A stretch of DNA of 64,000 bases from a virus (lineage: Duplodnaviria > Caudoviricetes), in the IMG/VR virus record IMGVR_UViG_3300031867_000015, positions 1-64,000 of that record; one strand, given 5' to 3'. The notes under the pieces are model-generated. The model saw nothing but the letters and a program-made list of their open reading frames with translations, searched no databases and had not been told where the DNA came from. A program made the translations under genes and the position numbers. Positions 27,988 to 37,812 of this stretch are shown here, one piece after another; the stretch's first letter is position 1; every line of letters begins with the position of its first letter.

Positions 27988-29163
27988 TTAATTGATACTT
28001 GAAATGGTATCAAGATACTTCTTTAAAGTCTCAATATCATCAATGTTCTTTGTGGCTGTGGGAAGTCCTGCATCTGCAAGAGCCTGCTTTGCCCTTGATT
28101 TCTGCATTGGATTAAGCGACTTCTGCTTTGCTGAAATCTGTGCCTTGATATCGTCAACTTCGCTTGTGGTTGTTTCAGTTTCCTTTGTTGTGTTATCTGT
28201 CTTGTCAATTGGCTTACCTGCTGTACCAAGAACCTCTCTTGAATAGATATCCTGTTCCTTTTCTACGCTCTGTACAAGGCTGTTCTTGACAGCAAATTCC
28301 TTATTCTTAGCAGTCTTATCAATTACGGACTGCCAATCAACAAGAGTTGGGTCAACAAGAATTGCGTTATCTTCGTGTACGTGAGTTCTATCCTTTTCAA
28401 CGTGTCCACACACATTACCATCTTCATCACGGAACATACGGATTACTGTCTTGGCATTATATCCTAAATCCTTAAATCCATCAGGCTTCTTTCTACCAGT
28501 AACTACACTTGTTACAGAACCATCAGGCTGTTTTACAGATACCTTTTCGTCTGTTTCTCTTGCGGTAACGATGAAATGCTTACCACATCCCATGAGGTCA
28601 AGAATTAAATCCTGTCCCTTAAAGTTAATAGTATTGTAATCTTTAAGTTCAAGACCTGCACCTTCAATCTTAACAAGTCTCTCATCACCAACAAGTCCCT
28701 GTGCCTTTGCCTTAACTGAATTACGCTTCTTAGAAAATTCTACAAGGCTCTGCTTAGTAGAAAGGTTAAGAATAGTCGTACCATCAATTACGATAGCATC
28801 TGGTCTGAATGGTTCTCCATCAGCATCAGTTACAACCTCATCTGTTTCATTACCATCTTCGTCAAGTTCGTAATAATCTTCACCTGTTTTTGCCTTTTTA
28901 ATATACTCCTGTACTTCACCAAGCGACTGAGTATAAACGATATAAATATTGCCGAGGTCAATTCCATTTTCTTCAAGGTCAGGGAGGTAGTCATCAATTG
29001 AACCACTCTCAGGGTCAAGATAAAGCACTCTGAATGGCTTACCATCTGGTCGCTTAAAATAAGCTAACTGCATAGCCATTGTAGACTTGCCTGTGAACTG
29101 TTCTCCGTAAAGTACCATAGCCAACTTACTCTGTGTTGCTGATGCCTTTCTTGCTGTTGCCAT
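27988..29163 (-). CDS. AAA ATPase (Sak4/YorG-like)
   Basis: YGEQFTGKS, LDPESGS, IVIDG, EKDRT. Confidence 0.85.
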   Translation of the reverse strand: MATARKASATQSKLAMVLYGEQFTGKSTMAMQLAYFKRPDGKPFRVLYLDPESGSIDDYLPDLEENGIDLGNIYIVYTQSLGEVQEYIKKAKTGEDYYELDEDGNETDEVVTDADGEPFRPDAIVIDGTTILNLSTKQSLVEFSKKRNSVKAKAQGLVGDERLVKIEGAGLELKDYNTINFKGQDLILDLMGCGKHFIVTARETDEKVSVKQPDGSVTSVVTGRKKPDGFKDLGYNAKTVIRMFRDEDGNVCGHVEKDRTHVHEDNAILVDPTLVDWQSVIDKTAKNKEFAVKNSLVQSVEKEQDIYSREVLGTAGKPIDKTDNTTKETETTTSEVDDIKAQISAKQKSLNPMQKSRAKQALADAGLPTATKNIDDIETLKKYLDTISSIN

Positions 29164-29238
29164 AATTAATCATTCTCCTTTAATTTTATAAATGCTTTCT
29201 GTGTGTACAATTCGCTCTTTGATGAATGGTAAAATTAA

Positions 29239-30285
29239 TTACCATTCATCTTCCTCGTCTGTAGCCTTACTTCCAACTGAACCCCAGTCATCATCAGAAT
29301 CCTTACCACTGAACTCATTCTGTGCCTTGTTCTTAGCGTTCAGCTTTGCAATAGCACCTTCAACAGATTCCTCAGTATAAAGTTCTGTGTCAATACTATC
29401 CTTGTCTGCACCAGTAACAACAAGTTCCTGTACAAACGGCTGATTAACACGCTCCATCTTATTTGGTTCGCCCCAACCATCATCTTCATCCTCAACTTCT
29501 TCAACGGATGTTACAGTTTCGATATCACCGAATACAGTAATTGCAGTATATGGCTTTAACTTCTTTAAGTTGCTTGCCAGTTTAGCATGATAGGTTACAA
29601 ATTCAAAATCTTCAATGGAAGAATAGCCAATAATCTTAGCTGAAATAATAAACTTATCTCTGTCCTTACACTCCTTATCCTTTGCAATACCCATGTAGAC
29701 AATCTGCTGAGTGAAGTTATTTACAGATTCAAACTTCTCGTCCTCGAAATCAATATCACTTGAACAAAGACTTATCTGCTGTGGAACGAACTTGCTCTGG
29801 TGCTTTTCCTTATATGTGCTATACTCAATCTTACCCTTAATAAACACGCTCTGACCATCATTAAGATTAGTTCCGATTGCACCGCAAGCATCATACTCGG
29901 AAAGAGTTTCCTTCTTGTTAGCAGTCTTGCCGTTATCATCAGTAATCTTTTCAAGACCAAGACGAACACCAATAAGGTTATATCCTTCCTCGTTGAAGTT
30001 AAATCTGTCTGACCAGTCAACAGGCTTTACATCTGTTGTTTTCTTTCCATCCTTTTCAGTCTGCTTTGAGAAATGAACCTTGTCCTTTACCATACCATTG
30101 AGTGAAATGAATGACCTCTTATCCTTGTCATATTCAACACCGAAGTTCACCATTCTCATTGGCTTATTGCTCTTGGTAGTAATCTCCTTGTAAAAGCCAT
30201 CCTTTGCTGTACCAGTTACAATTCCTCTGAACTGAAACGAGCCATTAGTCTGCTGTAAATCGTGATTGGGATTCTTTGTTGCCAT
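29239..30285 (-). CDS. putative ssDNA-binding protein (YorF-like)
   Basis: tandem OB-like beta pattern, acidic C-terminus ending DEEDEW, position in replication operon. Confidence 0.65.
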   Translation of the reverse strand: MATKNPNHDLQQTNGSFQFRGIVTGTAKDGFYKEITTKSNKPMRMVNFGVEYDKDKRSFISLNGMVKDKVHFSKQTEKDGKKTTDVKPVDWSDRFNFNEEGYNLIGVRLGLEKITDDNGKTANKKETLSEYDACGAIGTNLNDGQSVFIKGKIEYSTYKEKHQSKFVPQQISLCSSDIDFEDEKFESVNNFTQQIVYMGIAKDKECKDRDKFIISAKIIGYSSIEDFEFVTYHAKLASNLKKLKPYTAITVFGDIETVTSVEEVEDEDDGWGEPNKMERVNQPFVQELVVTGADKDSIDTELYTEESVEGAIAKLNAKNKAQNEFSGKDSDDDWGSVGSKATDEEDEW

Positions 30286-30393
30286 AGTTTATCTTCTCCT
30301 TTTAAAATATAATTGATATTTATAAAACGGTTAAACCGTAATATACATTTTGCTCTTTGTAGTTAAGAAATAAATCATCTTGACTACATATAT

Positions 30394-30422
30394 ATTATAC
30401 TATACTATTTGCTCTTTGTCAA
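30394..30422 (-). promoter_or_regulatory. sigmaA promoter of replication operon
   Basis: TTGACA-17-TATAAT; second operator copy near 30343. Confidence 0.8.
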
Positions 30423-30451
30423 CCCTTTAAGAAATATTTTTTTATTTTAAC

Positions 30452-31063
30452 TTAATCAATCCACCTTATTACAGGCTCAGTAGAACTTCCCTTAACCCAC
30501 ACGAACCATGCGAAACAAATTGTTTCAGCCCACTTCTTGCCAGTATCAGGATTCTTCTTAAATCCGTTCTTCCATGTAGCCATACGGTTTCTAAAAACGT
30601 AAATGTACTTTGGTGGGTATTTTCTGAACAACTCTTTACGTTTTGCTCCTTCAAGGAATTGTAGCTTCAAGAACATACAGCACATACCATTATAGTCAAG
30701 TAGCTTCATGCTCTTTTCTACGAACTCAGATGCTAAAGAATATGGTGGATTTGTAATTATAAAATCAAACCTTTCATCTGTTTCCCACGTAAGATAATTT
30801 TGAATCAATGTGCCAAGATAACCTCTATCTACTATATCAAGATAAGTCCATTGAGGGCATATGTCAATTGCATCCATTGCTGTTATAATATTTCCTGTAC
30901 CAACACAAGGTTCAAGACAATTGTTGTGGCTATAATATACCCCATCTTTGTGAAAAGAATCAAGCAAATCCACAACTGCTACTGGGTCTGTTGCATAAAA
31001 ATCATTCTCAGCCCTTTGGGTATTTGAGTTACCACCCGAAAGTTGACCACCTGATAAACTCAT
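30452..31063 (-). CDS. DNA adenine methyltransferase
   Basis: DFYAT, LEPCVGTG, IITNPPY, FAWFVW. Confidence 0.88.
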   Translation of the reverse strand: MSLSGGQLSGGNSNTQRAENDFYATDPVAVVDLLDSFHKDGVYYSHNNCLEPCVGTGNIITAMDAIDICPQWTYLDIVDRGYLGTLIQNYLTWETDERFDFIITNPPYSLASEFVEKSMKLLDYNGMCCMFLKLQFLEGAKRKELFRKYPPKYIYVFRNRMATWKNGFKKNPDTGKKWAETICFAWFVWVKGSSTEPVIRWID

Positions 31064-31084
31064 ATTAATTCACACTCCTTTATT

Positions 31085-31492
31085 CTAACTTATTAATTCG
31101 AGATTATCATATTTATTTCCAATTACTTCCACTTCTTCTATAAACGAACGTAATGTCCATAATGTACATCCGTCATGACATAGATAATAATTGCCTTCGA
31201 CAAATTCAATGATAAATGTATCAGTGCCAATTGACCGTTGGTATTGATTTGTTTTTACAATATCTCCCTCAAATATCTTAGTGCCGTTCTTATCAGTTAA
31301 ACCTGTATATTCACATATGGTTTCGGGATTCACACACACAGTATCAGATGTGGTTAAATTTTCTTTTTTAATAGGGGTTAGCCAATACTTAAATATACTG
31401 CCTGTAAACCAAGTACAATGAACAAAACCATACTGCCACCCTTTGTTAAAATAATCATCTTTAAGTTTTGCTCGGAATAATATTTCTCTCAT
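31085..31492 (-). CDS. YopX family protein
   Basis: MREILFRAK, EYTGLTDKNGTKIFEGDIV, EVIGNKYDN. Confidence 0.9.
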   Translation of the reverse strand: MREILFRAKLKDDYFNKGWQYGFVHCTWFTGSIFKYWLTPIKKENLTTSDTVCVNPETICEYTGLTDKNGTKIFEGDIVKTNQYQRSIGTDTFIIEFVEGNYYLCHDGCTLWTLRSFIEEVEVIGNKYDNLELIS

Positions 31493-31496
31493 ATAA

Positions 31497-31931
31497 TCAC
31501 TTCCAATCACACACAAGAATTTCAATATCTGTATCAGCGAATACTTCTTTAATAATCTGTTCTACATCATTCCATTTAAGTCTGTCTAAGCCACAACCTA
31601 TCTTTGGCATTGCAATTTTGTCACCGCCTATAAGATGTTCTTTCAGAGAGTTAAGAGATTGTCTAAGAGTAAGTAATGTTGGCTTGTGCCAGAACTTTTC
31701 TTTAGTGACGAGGTTTAACTCTCCCCATTCTGTTGCCAATGTAAATAAACATTTTCCTTCTCCGTTCCATTCACATGGTGCATAAAGATTTATAAGGTTG
31801 CCTCTGACACCAAGTTCAGCAAACTTCTTAGCGATACCAGCACCTAAAGCAAAGTCTGCTGATATGCAATGGCAAAGGGTATAATCTTTAGGCACTGTAA
31901 ACAAATCACGATGTTCAATTGTAAACTTCAT
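31497..31931 (-). CDS. macrodomain ADP-ribose hydrolase (TARG1/DarG-like)
   Basis: DLF..HCISADFALGAGIA, NLVTK, MPKIGCGLDRLKW. Confidence 0.9.
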   Translation of the reverse strand: MKFTIEHRDLFTVPKDYTLCHCISADFALGAGIAKKFAELGVRGNLINLYAPCEWNGEGKCLFTLATEWGELNLVTKEKFWHKPTLLTLRQSLNSLKEHLIGGDKIAMPKIGCGLDRLKWNDVEQIIKEVFADTDIEILVCDWK

Positions 31932-31935
31932 ACTA

Positions 31936-32142
31936 TCAACCTCCCACGTTAGCCTTTAATATGACTGCTTCTTCATCGAGATTAACCTGTGAAATATTAA
32001 TCTTCTTTGCTTCTTTAAAATTATATGATGACCAACGTGCCTTTCTTTCAGCATGAAGTTCATCCTCGGCAATAACAACCATTGCATAATCGTCACCGTA
32101 GGTGTATTCACCAACAGGTAATTCAACTAAGTATACATTCAT
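31936..32142 (-). CDS. hypothetical protein
   Basis: VVIAEDELHA pattern. Confidence 0.6.
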   Translation of the reverse strand: MNVYLVELPVGEYTYGDDYAMVVIAEDELHAERKARWSSYNFKEAKKINISQVNLDEEAVILKANVGG

Positions 32143-32357
32143 TATTTGCTCTCACTCCTTATCTGTTACAGGCGGCAGTCCTAATGATTCAGAATCGAAT
32201 CGCATTACAGGTATTGCCCTTAAACCCTCAATTTCTTGTCGCAATTTTTTATTTTCTTCGGCAAGCAGTTCTAATGTTCGCACAAGACTCTTTATCATAT
32301 CCTTATCGGTATATTCACCCATGTTTTTTACAACTCCTTTCTAATAAAATGTAGCTT

Positions 32358-32570
32358 CTATCTTGTTGGTATTGATTTGTTGGTGAGTTTGCCACAATTG
32401 GGGCATTTACATTCCCACCATTCTGTTCCTTCTCTTTGACTAAACTGATACTTATACTCTGTATTATCGGCTTCAAACACACAACCACAGGTAGAACATT
32501 CAAATTGTCTAACTCGTTTAATGATTCTGTCAACTTCTTCTTTTGACTTACCCTGTTTAATAATTTTCAT
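32358..32570 (-). CDS. Zn-ribbon protein
   Basis: CSTCGC..CPNC; paralog of 33044-33277. Confidence 0.7.
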   Translation of the reverse strand: MKIIKQGKSKEEVDRIIKRVRQFECSTCGCVFEADNTEYKYQFSQREGTEWWECKCPNCGKLTNKSIPTR

Positions 32571-32616
32571 TTCTGTTCACCTCTTTTATTAGGATTCATT
32601 ACTTACTTATACTCCT

Positions 32617-32982
32617 TCATTCATTATATTCAAGACCAAAATCTCTTGCTCTCCGAATGTACGCTTCTCTTGCTACCCAATCTGTGTATTCTTCTGCACA
32701 GCTAATACAATTGTCAAGAGGGAATTTTATCAGGTCTTGCATGGTTTTAATAGAATCATAATATTCTTTAATTCGTTTTTCGTGACGTTTTTTAACTTCG
32801 GATATAAGCTGTTCGTAAGTAGGAAATATCATATCTTCAAAGGCTCTAAACTCACTGTAGTATTCAGGCTCAATTTCATTTTCATTTGTTCCTATGATTC
32901 TATCTACACCTCTAAATACATATACATACTTGTTTACTTCCTTTACAAAATGAACTTCTCCTGTGGGTTTACCTCGAAACAA
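32617..32982 (-). CDS. hypothetical protein (5' end possibly frameshifted)
   Basis: frame open up to 33043, but the RBS-linked ATG is out of frame. Confidence 0.55.
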   Translation of the reverse strand: MFRGKPTGEVHFVKEVNKYVYVFRGVDRIIGTNENEIEPEYYSEFRAFEDMIFPTYEQLISEVKKRHEKRIKEYYDSIKTMQDLIKFPLDNCISCAEEYTDWVAREAYIRRARDFGLEYNE

Positions 32983-33043
32983 TCCGAAATCCCACCCATT
33001 TGCACTTTGAAAATAATATACATTGCCAATCTAAGGTGTCATA

Positions 33044-33277
33044 CTATTCCTCCTTTATATGAGAATGTTTGGGTAAATCATCTTGAAAAGTACCTATTGC
33101 ATATATCTCTGTTTTACAACAAGGACATTTGCAATATACTGGAATAGAATATTTACTCCAATCTTCTTTGTATTCATTCTTATTAGCTTGCCATATACAA
33201 CCACAAATCTCACACTCAAATCTCTTTATTTTATCTTCCTTCTTAGCTTTGGGATTTCCCAGTCTTAAAATATTCAT
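33044..33277 (-). CDS. Zn-ribbon protein
   Basis: CEICGC..CPCC. Confidence 0.7.
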   Translation of the reverse strand: MNILRLGNPKAKKEDKIKRFECEICGCIWQANKNEYKEDWSKYSIPVYCKCPCCKTEIYAIGTFQDDLPKHSHIKEE

Positions 33278-33837
33278 ACTTTAGTTCTCCTTATCTTCTG
33301 GTAAATATAAAGGTAAAAAATATTATCAATTGTATTTCCAATCAAAGCAAACACAAACAGCAATCTCAAATCAAAATCAAGCATCATAGCTACACCTGCA
33401 CCAATCAAGGTAGCAATGGCATTAACTATACTTGAATTATTATCATATTGCTCTCGCTCTATTTCTGATGGATTTACTATCGCTCTCATTTTCGTACCGC
33501 CACATGACAAGTTCTTGGTTATCACAGAATAGATAATAATATTTAGCAAGAAATAAAACTTCAAATCATTACGGATTAAAACGTCAGCAAATAATATCAG
33601 GTCTGCTATTATTTCTAATATTAAAAATAACCTATAGTGTTTAAACAATCTATCAGAATACATATTCCATGCCTTGCAAAATATTATTGTACCTACACAA
33701 GCAAGTATCTGTTCTATTCCTATATAGAAATGAGGAACTACTTTAATAGTCTCTGCATAGATGTATGGATAGGACATTGAATAGAATAGTGTACAGATTA
33801 GATTGAACAAAAGCATTAAGTTACTGAGTTTCTTCAT
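33274..33837 (-). CDS. multi-TM membrane protein (half-MFS-like)
   Basis: about 6 hydrophobic helices. Confidence 0.65.
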   Translation of the reverse strand: MKKLSNLMLLFNLICTLFYSMSYPYIYAETIKVVPHFYIGIEQILACVGTIIFCKAWNMYSDRLFKHYRLFLILEIIADLILFADVLIRNDLKFYFLLNIIIYSVITKNLSCGGTKMRAIVNPSEIEREQYDNNSSIVNAIATLIGAGVAMMLDFDLRLLFVFALIGNTIDNIFYLYIYQKIRRTKV

Positions 33838-33840
33838 CCT

Positions 33841-34149
33841 TTACTTCCTTATTAAATGTTTCCTTAGTCCTTTTCGCCAATTTCTTTTTGCCATAAACTC
33901 AGCCCTACGCATCTTGGTAAATAATCTTGCTCGTTCGTTATTATTATCAAATATACTATATGAATATGTGAACTCATGTTTACCAAAATAAACTCCGTAT
34001 GAACCATAGGCAAATTCAGTAGAGTAATTACAGCGTGTGCAATTGCCATATTCTTCAACAACACCTACACTATCCTCGGTATAATACTCTACTATTACCT
34101 TACCACCACATATGGGACAAGTTGTTTCATAAGTCACCATTATTTTCAC
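33841..34149 (-). CDS. hypothetical Zn-binding protein
   Basis: CPIC..CTRC. Confidence 0.6.
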   Translation of the reverse strand: MKIMVTYETTCPICGGKVIVEYYTEDSVGVVEEYGNCTRCNYSTEFAYGSYGVYFGKHEFTYSYSIFDNNNERARLFTKMRRAEFMAKRNWRKGLRKHLIRK

Positions 34150-34633
34150 TCACTTTCTCATAGTTATCACATTTGGTTTTCATTTCAAATGCACCATCTT
34201 GTCTTGGTTCTAATCTACTCCGTCTTTTAAACTTTGATTTCTGTATCTTATCATACTCACACTCTTGCCAAAGCAAACCTATACTCAATCTTTCAACCTT
34301 AAAATATTTACAAGTCATGCATTTATATATTTTCTTTAACTGTTCAAATTCGTTATCACAATCTGTCTTAAATGATTTCTCAACCATTTTCATAGTCCAC
34401 TCAGGAAGTTTAAGAAATCTCCACACAGGAAGTCCATTATAGATGTCCTGTGTAAATCTATCATATATTTCTTCTTTAGTGCTGTAATCAAAATACTCTG
34501 CACCACACTTGAATGAATTAATATAATTATCAATAGCATCGTAATCAAACTCATACTGTCCACCTATCTCTGTATCAACAAAGATAGTAAGTATATCTAT
34601 TATAGCAGAGAATATCATTAATTGTTTACTCAT
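34127..34633 (-). CDS. hypothetical protein
   Basis: ORF in operon. Confidence 0.55.
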   Translation of the reverse strand: MSKQLMIFSAIIDILTIFVDTEIGGQYEFDYDAIDNYINSFKCGAEYFDYSTKEEIYDRFTQDIYNGLPVWRFLKLPEWTMKMVEKSFKTDCDNEFEQLKKIYKCMTCKYFKVERLSIGLLWQECEYDKIQKSKFKRRSRLEPRQDGAFEMKTKCDNYEKVSENNGDL

Positions 34634-34639
34634 TGTCCC

Positions 34640-34915
34640 TCACTGACCTAACATTCCTTTAGTAAGTTTTTTATAATTGCGAAACATATTTCTTTCATCC
34701 TTCATATATTCTAAATTTTGTTCAAGCATATCAACGTATTCCTTACGGCAACTAACAACCATCGAAGGACAGAAACCAAGACTTTTGCCAACTGCATAAT
34801 ACCAATTGTTTATAGGTCTTAATATAACACTTGGGATTGTTTTTAACGATTGAGCCACATATTCATAACTTGTTGTCCATCCTACAAGATAATAATTACG
34901 CTCTCTATAATCCAT
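34640..34915 (-). CDS. hypothetical protein
   Basis: aggag RBS. Confidence 0.55.
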   Translation of the reverse strand: MDYRERNYYLVGWTTSYEYVAQSLKTIPSVILRPINNWYYAVGKSLGFCPSMVVSCRKEYVDMLEQNLEYMKDERNMFRNYKKLTKGMLGQ

Positions 34916-34925
34916 GTTTCTCTCC

Positions 34926-35296
34926 TTATCTTTTTTTATCCATTATCTGTTTTATTTTATACAGTTTATCAATTTCTTCCTTATGGTAACTAATTAAGTC
35001 ATCAACAGAATCCCAACCAAATTCTTCTTCTCTTGCGATATATATTCCAGTTCCACTAATACCATCACCAAATCCCCATTCTTCTTTAAGATATAAAGCT
35101 ACATCCTGTGCATTATCAAGAACGTATAAATATCTGGCATGGTCTAAAGTATATGTGGTTTCTGTATCAATTAGTTCAAATTTCTCATCATACATAAGAA
35201 AAGAATTTTTAAGGTTATAGAAATTTTTTCATATTCTATACATTCCTTTTCAGTTTCAAACTCAGTTCCGTCATCAGCAATAAATAAAGTTTTCAT
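34926..35296 (-). pseudogene. hypothetical gene split by a 1-nt frameshift in an A6 run
   Basis: MKTLFIADDGTEFETEKECIEYEK joins NFYNLKNSFLMYDEKF if one A is added near 35225. Confidence 0.6.
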
Positions 35297-35656
35297 TTAA
35301 TCCTCTCCTATCAGTTTTAAGGCTTCGTCAGCGTATCGCCATTGATAATCAGTATCACAGCCACCGTCATCAGGACAACTACATTTGCCTATTTGAGACT
35401 CCCACTTACAACATTCACAAATTACACCACCGTTGTAAACCTCGGTAGCAGTAGCATTTAAATCTTCAATTGCCGCTTTCAGAAGTCGCTTGTACTCTGC
35501 TATCTGCTCTCCATTTTCCTTTATCAGTCTGTCGAACTCGCTTATCAGATATATGTTTTCTGCCAATAATACCATTAGATAAAATATAGCCATGATAATA
35601 AGTAGTATGATAAAACAACCGCCAAGCGTAAGAAACCCCAATAAGATTTTAACCAT
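35297..35656 (-). CDS. membrane-anchored hypothetical protein
   Basis: N-terminal TM, Cys cluster, WRY motif. Confidence 0.55.
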   Translation of the reverse strand: MVKILLGFLTLGGCFIILLIIMAIFYLMVLLAENIYLISEFDRLIKENGEQIAEYKRLLKAAIEDLNATATEVYNGGVICECCKWESQIGKCSCPDDGGCDTDYQWRYADEALKLIGED

Positions 35657-35657
35657 C

Positions 35658-36566
35658 TCAATCCTCCCAATTTGTAGTCTTTACAATCTCAAACATTTCA
35701 TCAATGGTCATTCCGTTAATCAGTATGCTCTTTACCTTTGCAATAACACTGTTCTTTGAGAATGTCTGATTAACAAGGTCAATATAAAAGGTAAATGTAC
35801 CATCATCACCCATGTAGAATCTTTCCCATTCTTCTTCACTCATTAATCGCTTAACATCAAGCTGACGAATGGCAAGATTGTCAAATGAAAGATTCTTAAA
35901 CCATCCTTCTTTTACAATTGTAGGGAGCATAAATCCAAGATAAGTTGTGTTCTTCGTAAGTTCTTTAAGATTGTTTGAACGATATTCAAGACCTCTGCCT
36001 GTTGTTTTATATCCAAGTATCAGAATCTTTAAATCGTGATTGGCAAGTCTACCAAGGTCGTTCTCCGTAAGGATTCCATTGATAGTGTGAATAACTGCAT
36101 TAGGAATAGTCTTTACAAGATTAATAAAAGCATCTGTAGGTTCTCTCAATGATATACCCAATCCCCATATTAACTTCTTATCAAGAAGTTCCTTGATAAA
36201 ATAGTAGAATCTTTCAAAATGAATCTGGTTTACTGTCAGATTTGCAATAACTTTCTTCTCCTTTAACTTTGAAAGAAAAGCTATAAGGTATGGATGTGAA
36301 AGGTCATTGCCGTTGAGAGCCATTTCTGTATACGGATGAAGCGAATTAATAAATGTATCATTCATTATATCTCCATGCTTACCTAACGTAGTGCAACCCT
36401 CATAACAGAACTGACAACCGCCATCACATCTATCCGTAATCTTACAATCTACGTTTTCTGCAAAGACAGGTCTGAACTCATCATCCTCAGTACGTCTAAC
36501 AGTTGTACCATCATCCCAACGTATCACACTTACATTTCCATTCTTGTATCTTGCTAAAAGTTTCAT
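35658..36566 (-). CDS. radical SAM protein
   Basis: CDGGCQFC (CxxxCxxC); start MKLLARYKNGN behind aggagg. Confidence 0.88.
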   Translation of the reverse strand: MKLLARYKNGNVSVIRWDDGTTVRRTEDDEFRPVFAENVDCKITDRCDGGCQFCYEGCTTLGKHGDIMNDTFINSLHPYTEMALNGNDLSHPYLIAFLSKLKEKKVIANLTVNQIHFERFYYFIKELLDKKLIWGLGISLREPTDAFINLVKTIPNAVIHTINGILTENDLGRLANHDLKILILGYKTTGRGLEYRSNNLKELTKNTTYLGFMLPTIVKEGWFKNLSFDNLAIRQLDVKRLMSEEEWERFYMGDDGTFTFYIDLVNQTFSKNSVIAKVKSILINGMTIDEMFEIVKTTNWED

Positions 36567-36638
36567 AGTATTTCCTCCTAAATTATTTCTTCTCCTAAAT
36601 GGAGTATGTATTAGGAGCATACGCTCCTATATTAATTA

Positions 36639-36950
36639 TTAATCGTGTCCATAGTAACCAAACGCAACAACTGTTTCACCATTAGGTGTAGTATATCTCT
36701 CTGAAAATGTTTCGTATTCAATATAGTCCCAATCATGAAATTCATCATATGTTAAATACTGTGTATATCTTCCATCATTTTCTCTTTCCTTTTCGATTTT
36801 TTCATTTGATTCAACAATTTGCTTTGCATATCTATCATAATATACCTCACCATTTCTCCACTTACTGTACTCATCATCAGAACACATTGTAAGCGAATGA
36901 ACTGAACTGCTGTTTGTTTCAAAAATACCTCTGCGAATTACTTCTTTCAT
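36639..36950 (-). CDS. FETNSSS-motif protein
   Basis: IRRGIFETNSSSVHSL..VVAFGYYGHD. Confidence 0.75.
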   Translation of the reverse strand: MKEVIRRGIFETNSSSVHSLTMCSDDEYSKWRNGEVYYDRYAKQIVESNEKIEKERENDGRYTQYLTYDEFHDWDYIEYETFSERYTTPNGETVVAFGYYGHD

Positions 36951-36964
36951 AATTAATTCTCCTT

Positions 36965-37495
36965 TTAGTTTCCTTTTATAAAATAATCAAAGTTTTCTGA
37001 ATCGTGATACGGATTAAGTTCTTTACCATCATTACCCCAGTAATATTCATCACCTACAAAACAGGTGTCAAGATAATCATTGCTACCACAATTATCATTT
37101 CCTGTATATACAACGCTGTCATTGTCAAACAGATATCTGAGAAGTAAATCCTCGTTGTCAAGTACAGCATTTACAAACTCAATTGTATCTTCTGAGTGGT
37201 CAATTCCCCACCAACGAGAAGCCTTTTCCTCTGGCTGAAATGTATAATCAATTTCATACTTGTCAAGAATTGATTTCAGCTTATCGAGAAGATAATCGGA
37301 AAGGCTCTGGCACATAATAGCAGTATAAAGATAATCTGGTGTATCGACTGTACTATTCTCCCATCCGTATTCGCCAAGATAAAAAGAGATTTTCTTTCCC
37401 TTAACATCACCAACTGGCTTCTTTGAAATGCATATCGAATGTACACTTGAACTATTTGTCTCAAACATTCCGTTTCTGATTACTGTTTTGCTCAT
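36965..37495 (-). CDS. FETNSSS-motif protein
   Basis: IRNGMFETNSSSVHSI..YGWE..IDHS..TGNDN. Confidence 0.75.
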   Translation of the reverse strand: MSKTVIRNGMFETNSSSVHSICISKKPVGDVKGKKISFYLGEYGWENSTVDTPDYLYTAIMCQSLSDYLLDKLKSILDKYEIDYTFQPEEKASRWWGIDHSEDTIEFVNAVLDNEDLLLRYLFDNDSVVYTGNDNCGSNDYLDTCFVGDEYYWGNDGKELNPYHDSENFDYFIKGN

Positions 37496-37812
37496 TAAAA
37501 CTCACCCCTTTCCGCAGGATTATCAACCTTTGGTGTTGATTCAGACCTTAAATTATATATTTCCTCTTTGAGTTTCGCCACTTCTTCTTTGAGTTTTCTG
37601 TTCTCACAGTCTCTTTCGTACTTGTCCCGATTAGCTTTATCAATATCCTGTTTCTTTGTTGCTACTTCTTCGACAAGGTTACGGTATTCGTGAAGTGTAA
37701 CCGTAACTGTAAGTTCTTGTGGTGCTGTAAAGTTATCAAGATTATTATTGCTATAACAATCCATTTTCTTTTCAAGCACAACATTGTTTGTAATTGTATT
37801 TTCCATAATCAT
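37495..37812 (-). CDS. hypothetical coiled-coil protein
   Basis: ELTVTVTLHEYRNLV. Confidence 0.6.
   Translation of the reverse strand: MIMENTITNNVVLEKKMDCYSNNNLDNFTAPQELTVTVTLHEYRNLVEEVATKKQDIDKANRDKYERDCENRKLKEEVAKLKEEIYNLRSESTPKVDNPAERGEF

Noticed and set aside
27429-33046. Stop-codon reassignment suggested by in-frame TGA (27429) and TAG (33044) between adjacent ORFs
   Set aside because: All long genes are intact in code 11, all three stop codons end genes normally, and there is no suppressor tRNA.
35658-36566. Radical SAM protein as the NrdG activase for nrdD
   Set aside because: It is about 300 aa, lacks NrdG-like sequence features, lies 25 kb from nrdD and is linked to the FETNSSS genes; NrdG is probably host-supplied or outside the window.
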